Below are positions 25,761-30,173 of a stretch of DNA of 30,173 nt, piece by piece; position 1 is the first letter of the stretch, and each line of letters opens with the position of its first letter. Under the pieces are notes generated by a model. The model was not told the DNA's origin, ran no database searches, and saw only the letters and a program-made list of their open reading frames with translations. This stretch comes from Acidobacteriota bacterium (GTDB lineage: Bacteria > Acidobacteriota > Vicinamibacteria > Vicinamibacterales > CAVVIG01): the NCBI GenBank assembly GCA_040349235.1, contig JBEQUD010000285.1, positions 1-30,173 on the forward strand, given 5' to 3'. The position numbers were made by a program, and so were the translations under genes.

Positions 25761-27446
25761 CTACTCGTGCAAGCCGAAGACGCACAGTGACAAGCCAGAG
25801 ATGGTCGCCACATATTGCTTGCCGTCGATTTCGTAGGTGATAGGTCCGTTGACCACTTGTCCGCCCAGGATGGTTTTCCACAGGAGTGTGCCGCTACGGG
25901 CATCCATGGCCTGGAAGTAGCCGTCGTTGGTGCCCGCGAACAGGACGTCCGAGGCGGTCGTCAAGATGCCGCTCTCGTTGCCGTCGTGCAGCGGGAACTT
26001 CCATTTCAGTTTGCCGGTGGTTGCATCGAGGGCCATGATGGCCCCGCTGCCCACGGCTTCGGTCCACGTGTTGATCGGGCCGCGACGGAAGCCCGGGGAT
26101 GTCGGCGCACCCGGCACGGGCACGAACGGTGTGGGCCCACCGCCGCCGAAGATGCGGCCTTCGACGTAGTCCGAGCGGCTGCTCTTCACGATGGCCGCGA
26201 AGTTCTCCCAGACGGACAGGTAGAAGAGGCCCGTGCGAGGACTGTACGACGGCGAATACCAGTTGGTGCCCCCCGGGCTACTCGGCCACGTCGGCTGCCC
26301 TTCGGCCTGCGGTGTTTGAATGGGTCGCCCGCCCTCGTCGAAGCCGCTGGCCCAGTTGAGTTTGATGAAGGGCTCCGCCTGCAGGAACTTTCCGGTTGCG
26401 CGGTCCAGGAGGTAGAAGTAGCCGTTGCGGTTGGCCCACAACATCGCCTTGAGCGGCGCGCCGTGCCACGTGAGATCGGCGAGCACCGGAATCTGAACGG
26501 CGTCGTAGTCGTACCGATCCTGCGGGGTGAATTGATAGTGCCACTTCAGCGTCCCTGTATCGGCGTCGAGTGCGACCACCGAGGTGGTGTAGAGGTTGTC
26601 ACCGGGCCGCTGAAACGGGTTGTAGTCGGGACCAGGGTTGCCCGTGCCCCAGTACGTCAGGTTGAGCGTGGGATCGTACGAGCCCGTGACCCAGACGGCG
26701 CCGCCTCCGTGTTTCCACGCCTCGGGGTCGCAGTAGGTGGTCGGCTTCTCTGGGCACGCTTGCCATGTTTCGAACCCGGGCTCGCCCGGGCCAGGCACCA
26801 TGTAGGACCGCCACGCTTCCTTGCCGCTGTGGGCGTCATACGCCGCGACGAAGCCGCGCACACCGAAGTCGCTGCCGCCCACGCCGAGGAGCACCTTGTC
26901 CTTTACGACGAGGGGCGCCATGGTCACCGAGTAGCCGGTCCGACCCTCCGCGATCTTCGTATTCCACACCGGCCGGCCGGTCTTCGTATCGATGGCGATG
27001 AGATGCGCGTCGAGCGTGCCCAGAAAGAGCGTGTCGCCCAAGATGGCAAGCCCGCGATTGTTCGCCCCGCAGCAGACGATCTGGACGGGATCGAGCGTGG
27101 GGTGGTAGATCCAGAACACGCGGCCGGTCTTCGCGTCGAGCGCGACGACGTCGTTCGGTCGCTGCGTGACGTACATGACGCCATCGACGACGAGCGGTGT
27201 GGCCTCCCAGCCGCCGGGCACGGCGCCCTGGTACATCCATTTCAGCTCGAGGTTCTTTGCGTTGGCAGGTGTGATTTGGGCGAGCGTGCTGTAGCGCTGG
27301 CTCGCGTAGGTACCCGAATACGTGATCCAGTTGCGGGCATCGCGGCCGGCGTTCAACAGACCATCCGCGGTCACCTGCGCGCGTGCCGCCGGCGCGATGG
27401 TGAGCGTCAGGAGGAGGCCCAAGCCGACCCAGGACCGTTGGTGCAT
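25761..27446 (-). CDS. PQQ-dependent dehydrogenase, paralogue 1
   Basis: VCCG, GGSDFG, WGTGN, QDRYDYD; signal peptide. Start ATG 27446 or 27497. Confidence 0.94.
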   Translation of the reverse strand: MHQRSWVGLGLLLTLTIAPAARAQVTADGLLNAGRDARNWITYSGTYASQRYSTLAQITPANAKNLELKWMYQGAVPGGWEATPLVVDGVMYVTQRPNDVVALDAKTGRVFWIYHPTLDPVQIVCCGANNRGLAILGDTLFLGTLDAHLIAIDTKTGRPVWNTKIAEGRTGYSVTMAPLVVKDKVLLGVGGSDFGVRGFVAAYDAHSGKEAWRSYMVPGPGEPGFETWQACPEKPTTYCDPEAWKHGGGAVWVTGSYDPTLNLTYWGTGNPGPDYNPFQRPGDNLYTTSVVALDADTGTLKWHYQFTPQDRYDYDAVQIPVLADLTWHGAPLKAMLWANRNGYFYLLDRATGKFLQAEPFIKLNWASGFDEGGRPIQTPQAEGQPTWPSSPGGTNWYSPSYSPRTGLFYLSVWENFAAIVKSSRSDYVEGRIFGGGGPTPFVPVPGAPTSPGFRRGPINTWTEAVGSGAIMALDATTGKLKWKFPLHDGNESGILTTASDVLFAGTNDGYFQAMDARSGTLLWKTILGGQVVNGPITYEIDGKQYVATISGLSLCVFGLHE

Positions 27447-27577
27447 GCGTCTCAGGCAGCCTCGTGCGCGTGGCGGAAGCAATTGCATCATCCCCATGCG
27501 CGTCACTATAGCGCCAACCGCTGCCGCCAGTGAGGACGTTGTGCCGAGTGGCGACAATCGACCGTTCCGCCGATCGG

Positions 27578-28798
27578 TCAGCGCTGCGCGACTGTCTGCG
27601 TCGCCGCGGCGGTCGGCGCGTGCGGCGGCGGCACACGCGACGCGACATACGCAGCGATGGACACCATGTCGTCCTTGGTCAAGTTCGCCACGACCAGCTT
27701 CATCAGCTGCGCGGAGGCGCCGTTGCGCGTGCCGCTCTGGATGTCCCACATCTGCCGGACGATATAGCTCGGCGAGCGGCCGGCAATCGGCGGCACGTCG
27801 CCGACGCCCATGAGATCAGCGCCGTGGCACGTGCCGCACGCGGTGGTCTTTCCCTGGACGATCTGGTTCCCGACGATGCGCATCCCTCCGGTCGTGACTA
27901 GTGCCTCGCCCGCCTTGATGCTGCCAGTTGGGACGTACGCGACAAAACCCACATGGGGATTGCGATATTTCTCGACCTGTTCGTCGTTCTCGGGGACCTC
28001 GATGATGCGTCCGGCGATGGGCTCGGTCCGGGCGGTCTCTGTGGCGTGGAACATGCCTCCGGCGATGCGCGTCTTCGGAACCAGCTTCGTTTCGACCACG
28101 CGGATCCAGGGCGACCACTCGAGCGAGGAGAAATAGCCGGCGGCGGCATTCAGTTCCTCCTCGGTCATCGACTTTGCGAGTTCGATCATGAGGTTGGTGT
28201 TGCTCTTCCGGGGATCGGACGTATAGCGGAGGCCGCTCCGGAAATCGTGGATCTGTCGCAGGATGTAGGCAGCGGGGAGCCCGGCCGTCGGCGCGTTCTC
28301 GGGGCGGCCCTTGCCCGTCGGCAGGTGGCACGAGCCGCAGCCGCGCGCGGTGTCGCCCATGCGCGCCGGGCCGTGCTTGACGACATTGGGCATCGGCGGA
28401 TGGTCGTTCGGGAACCAGTCGATGACGTTGTGCCCGTCGCGCACATCGAGGAACGAATAGGACGCGGGGCTCCCGTCGATGCGTCTGGGCTTGGCTTGCT
28501 CGGGATCGACGGCTGCCGGTGCATTGCGTGCCTGGGCGGCTGGCGGCGGCGCCGTCTCGCCGGGTTTGGGTGGGGCGTCATAGCCGTACGCCCAGGTCGG
28601 CTCACGCTCGAACTGCTCCGCCGGAACAGTGATGCGCTTCGCGACGGCGACGGCTGCGGGCGCGACTTCAACCGGCGGCTTGGCCGCCTGGGTGACCGGC
28701 TGTGGCGCTGGCCTGCTGCTGTCGTACCAGCGCTGCACGGCGGCACCAAGCCCGAAACCGACGATTCCCACGATAACGGCGCTGACGCCCCGATTCAT
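27578..28798 (-). CDS. Di-haem cytochrome c (c4/c553-like) with N-terminal anchor and Pro/Ala linker
   Basis: GGAGG RBS before ATG 28798; CGSCH and CGTCH; AGLPAAYILRQ and IAGRSPSYIVRQ c4-type motifs. Confidence 0.88.
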   Translation of the reverse strand: MNRGVSAVIVGIVGFGLGAAVQRWYDSSRPAPQPVTQAAKPPVEVAPAAVAVAKRITVPAEQFEREPTWAYGYDAPPKPGETAPPPAAQARNAPAAVDPEQAKPRRIDGSPASYSFLDVRDGHNVIDWFPNDHPPMPNVVKHGPARMGDTARGCGSCHLPTGKGRPENAPTAGLPAAYILRQIHDFRSGLRYTSDPRKSNTNLMIELAKSMTEEELNAAAGYFSSLEWSPWIRVVETKLVPKTRIAGGMFHATETARTEPIAGRIIEVPENDEQVEKYRNPHVGFVAYVPTGSIKAGEALVTTGGMRIVGNQIVQGKTTACGTCHGADLMGVGDVPPIAGRSPSYIVRQMWDIQSGTRNGASAQLMKLVVANLTKDDMVSIAAYVASRVPPPHAPTAAATQTVAQR

Positions 28799-28861
28799 TC
28801 CCGCCTCCTGATAGATGCACGCGGGGCCGCTCGACTCGTCCCAACGCGTCCCGGCGCGCGC

Positions 28862-28878
28862 TGATTGTCGCTCAATCA
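28862..28878. promoter_or_regulatory. Palindrome TGATTG-N5-CAATCA in a divergent intergenic region
   Basis: Perfect 6-bp inverted repeat in an AT-richer patch. Confidence 0.45.
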
Positions 28879-28973
28879 ATGGGTTTGTCAACCGTGGGCG
28901 ATGGCGGCGCCACGCGCACGCGAATGCGCTGCCGGCGTCGATCTGCCCCCATGCGGAGAGGCGCCTTTGGTGT

Positions 28974-29002
28974 TTGAATACCCTCGACCGAGGCGTTACA
29001 CT
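28974..29002 (+). promoter_or_regulatory. Candidate sigma70 promoter
   Basis: TTGAAT-N17-TACACT; the spacer contains CCTCG-N2-CGAGG. Confidence 0.5.
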
Positions 29003-29081
29003 GCGCCTGCAATCCTCGTCTGTGCAGGGGGGACGTTCCGACTTGGGGCGCGCAACAGGATCAGTGTTTGTGGAGGCGGGG

Positions 29082-30047
29082 ATGAACGTTCGCGAACGTC
29101 GGCGTGGCAGGCTTGCGGCGGGGATTGGTGTGGTGCTCGTGGCAGTGTTCTCCGCGCGAGGCTATGCGCGTCCCGGCCAGCAGGCCGACGCGGACGAAGC
29201 CGCGCGTCTGGTCCGCGGGACCATCGACATCCATGTGCATTCGGGGCCTGACACCGTCGAGCGCGCGCTGGACGGCATCGACGCGGCCAAGTTCGCCCGT
29301 GCGAAGGGGATGCGCGCCATCGTCCTCAAGAATCACCTGGACCCCACCGGACAGATGGCCGTCCTGGCCAGGAAGGAAGCGCCGGGGCTCGAAGTCTACG
29401 GCGGGGTGGACCTCAATCTGCCGGTCGGCGGCATGAACCCGGCGGCGGTCGAGCACATGACGGAGCTGCTCGGTAGCCCGGGCCGCATGGTCTGGATGTC
29501 CACGAACGACGCCGAGTTCGTGGTGCGCACGGCGAAATCGAACCGCCCGTTCGTCAGCGTCGCGCGCGACGGCGCCCTGCTGCCCGAAACGAAGGCCGTC
29601 ATCGCGGTCATCGCGAAACACGGGTTGGCCATGGCGACCGGACACACGTCGGCCCTCGAGGCCCTGATGCTGATTCGAGAGGCGCGCGCGCAAGGCGTCA
29701 ACCACATCGTCGTGACCCACGCGATCAACATGCCGGCGCCGGGAATGTCCATTGCGCAGATGAAGGAAGCCGCGTCGCTCGGCGCATTCCTCGAGTTTAC
29801 CGGCGGGCCGAGCACCAGCCCGGCCGACCAGGCGAAGCTGGATCGCTTCGCGGCCGCGATTCGCCAGGTCGGGCCGCAGTTCTGCATCCTGTCGTCCGAC
29901 CTCGGTCAGAAGGGCAGCATCCTGCCCGCTGACGGATTTGCCGCGACGCTCGTCGAGTTGAAGAAGCGAGGATTCAGCGAGGACGAACTAGCCGCGATGT
30001 CGAGGCGCAACCCCGCGCAACTGCTGGGGCTTCCCGCGCAACCGTAG
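29082..30047 (+). CDS. Secreted amidohydrolase-like protein (DUF6282-like)
   Basis: GGAGG RBS; signal-like N-terminus; IDIHVHSGPD, LKNH, TGH, VVTH and SSDLGQ metal-ligand pattern. Confidence 0.8.
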   Translation: MNVRERRRGRLAAGIGVVLVAVFSARGYARPGQQADADEAARLVRGTIDIHVHSGPDTVERALDGIDAAKFARAKGMRAIVLKNHLDPTGQMAVLARKEAPGLEVYGGVDLNLPVGGMNPAAVEHMTELLGSPGRMVWMSTNDAEFVVRTAKSNRPFVSVARDGALLPETKAVIAVIAKHGLAMATGHTSALEALMLIREARAQGVNHIVVTHAINMPAPGMSIAQMKEAASLGAFLEFTGGPSTSPADQAKLDRFAAAIRQVGPQFCILSSDLGQKGSILPADGFAATLVELKKRGFSEDELAAMSRRNPAQLLGLPAQP

Positions 30048-30150
30048 CGCCGGAGCAGATTCGAGACGGGCAAGCTACGGGCGAGACGCGCCTGCACCGC
30101 TTGTCGATGCGATTCTCCCGCGGGCGCTTGATCATGATTGGAGGCCGTGC

Positions 30151-30173
30151 ATGCGTGTCGTGACGATCGGCGG
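30151..30173 (+). CDS. Start of a probable FAD/NAD-binding oxidoreductase (partial)
   Basis: GGAGG RBS then MRVVTIG(G), a Rossmann-like first strand; only 7 full codons visible. Confidence 0.35.

Overview
High-GC (~70%) bacterial chromosomal window. The gene content (paralogous PQQ dehydrogenases, multi-haem cytochromes, RGG-rich periplasmic proteins) suggests Acidobacteriota/Vicinamibacteria; this is inference only. From left to right: an MdtABC-like RND efflux operon (minus, truncated at the left edge), a Kdo hydroxylase, mntH plus a universal stress protein, a ~7.5 kb signalling locus (9067-16420), a DapA-family aldolase, cell-wall genes (mtgA, HExxH metallopeptidase, NlpC/P60), an HNH nuclease with an IPT/beta-propeller gene, three PQQ dehydrogenase paralogues with two c-type cytochromes, and a secreted DUF6282-like amidohydrolase. 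The most interesting part is 9067-16420. It encodes a subtilase carrying an N-terminal Xis/BldC-like HTH ahead of its signal peptide and a tail of 15 SIVWS(G/D) repeats, an 8-codon ORF echoing that motif, a multi-TM HD-GYP-GAF phosphodiesterase, a TPR-AAA+-Fis sigma54 activator and a free-standing paralogue of the HTH. Candidate sigma54 promoters sit at both ends, and a shared NtrC-like box lies upstream of two of the genes. A lower-GC block begins just after the protease catalytic Ser and ends inside the activator, so it covers exactly the putative signal and sensor parts. My hypothesis is a swappable (pherotype-like) peptide-signalling system linked to c-di-GMP and sigma54. No rRNA, tRNA, CRISPR array, integrase or transposase was recognised. 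No database searches were run; family calls come from motif recognition.
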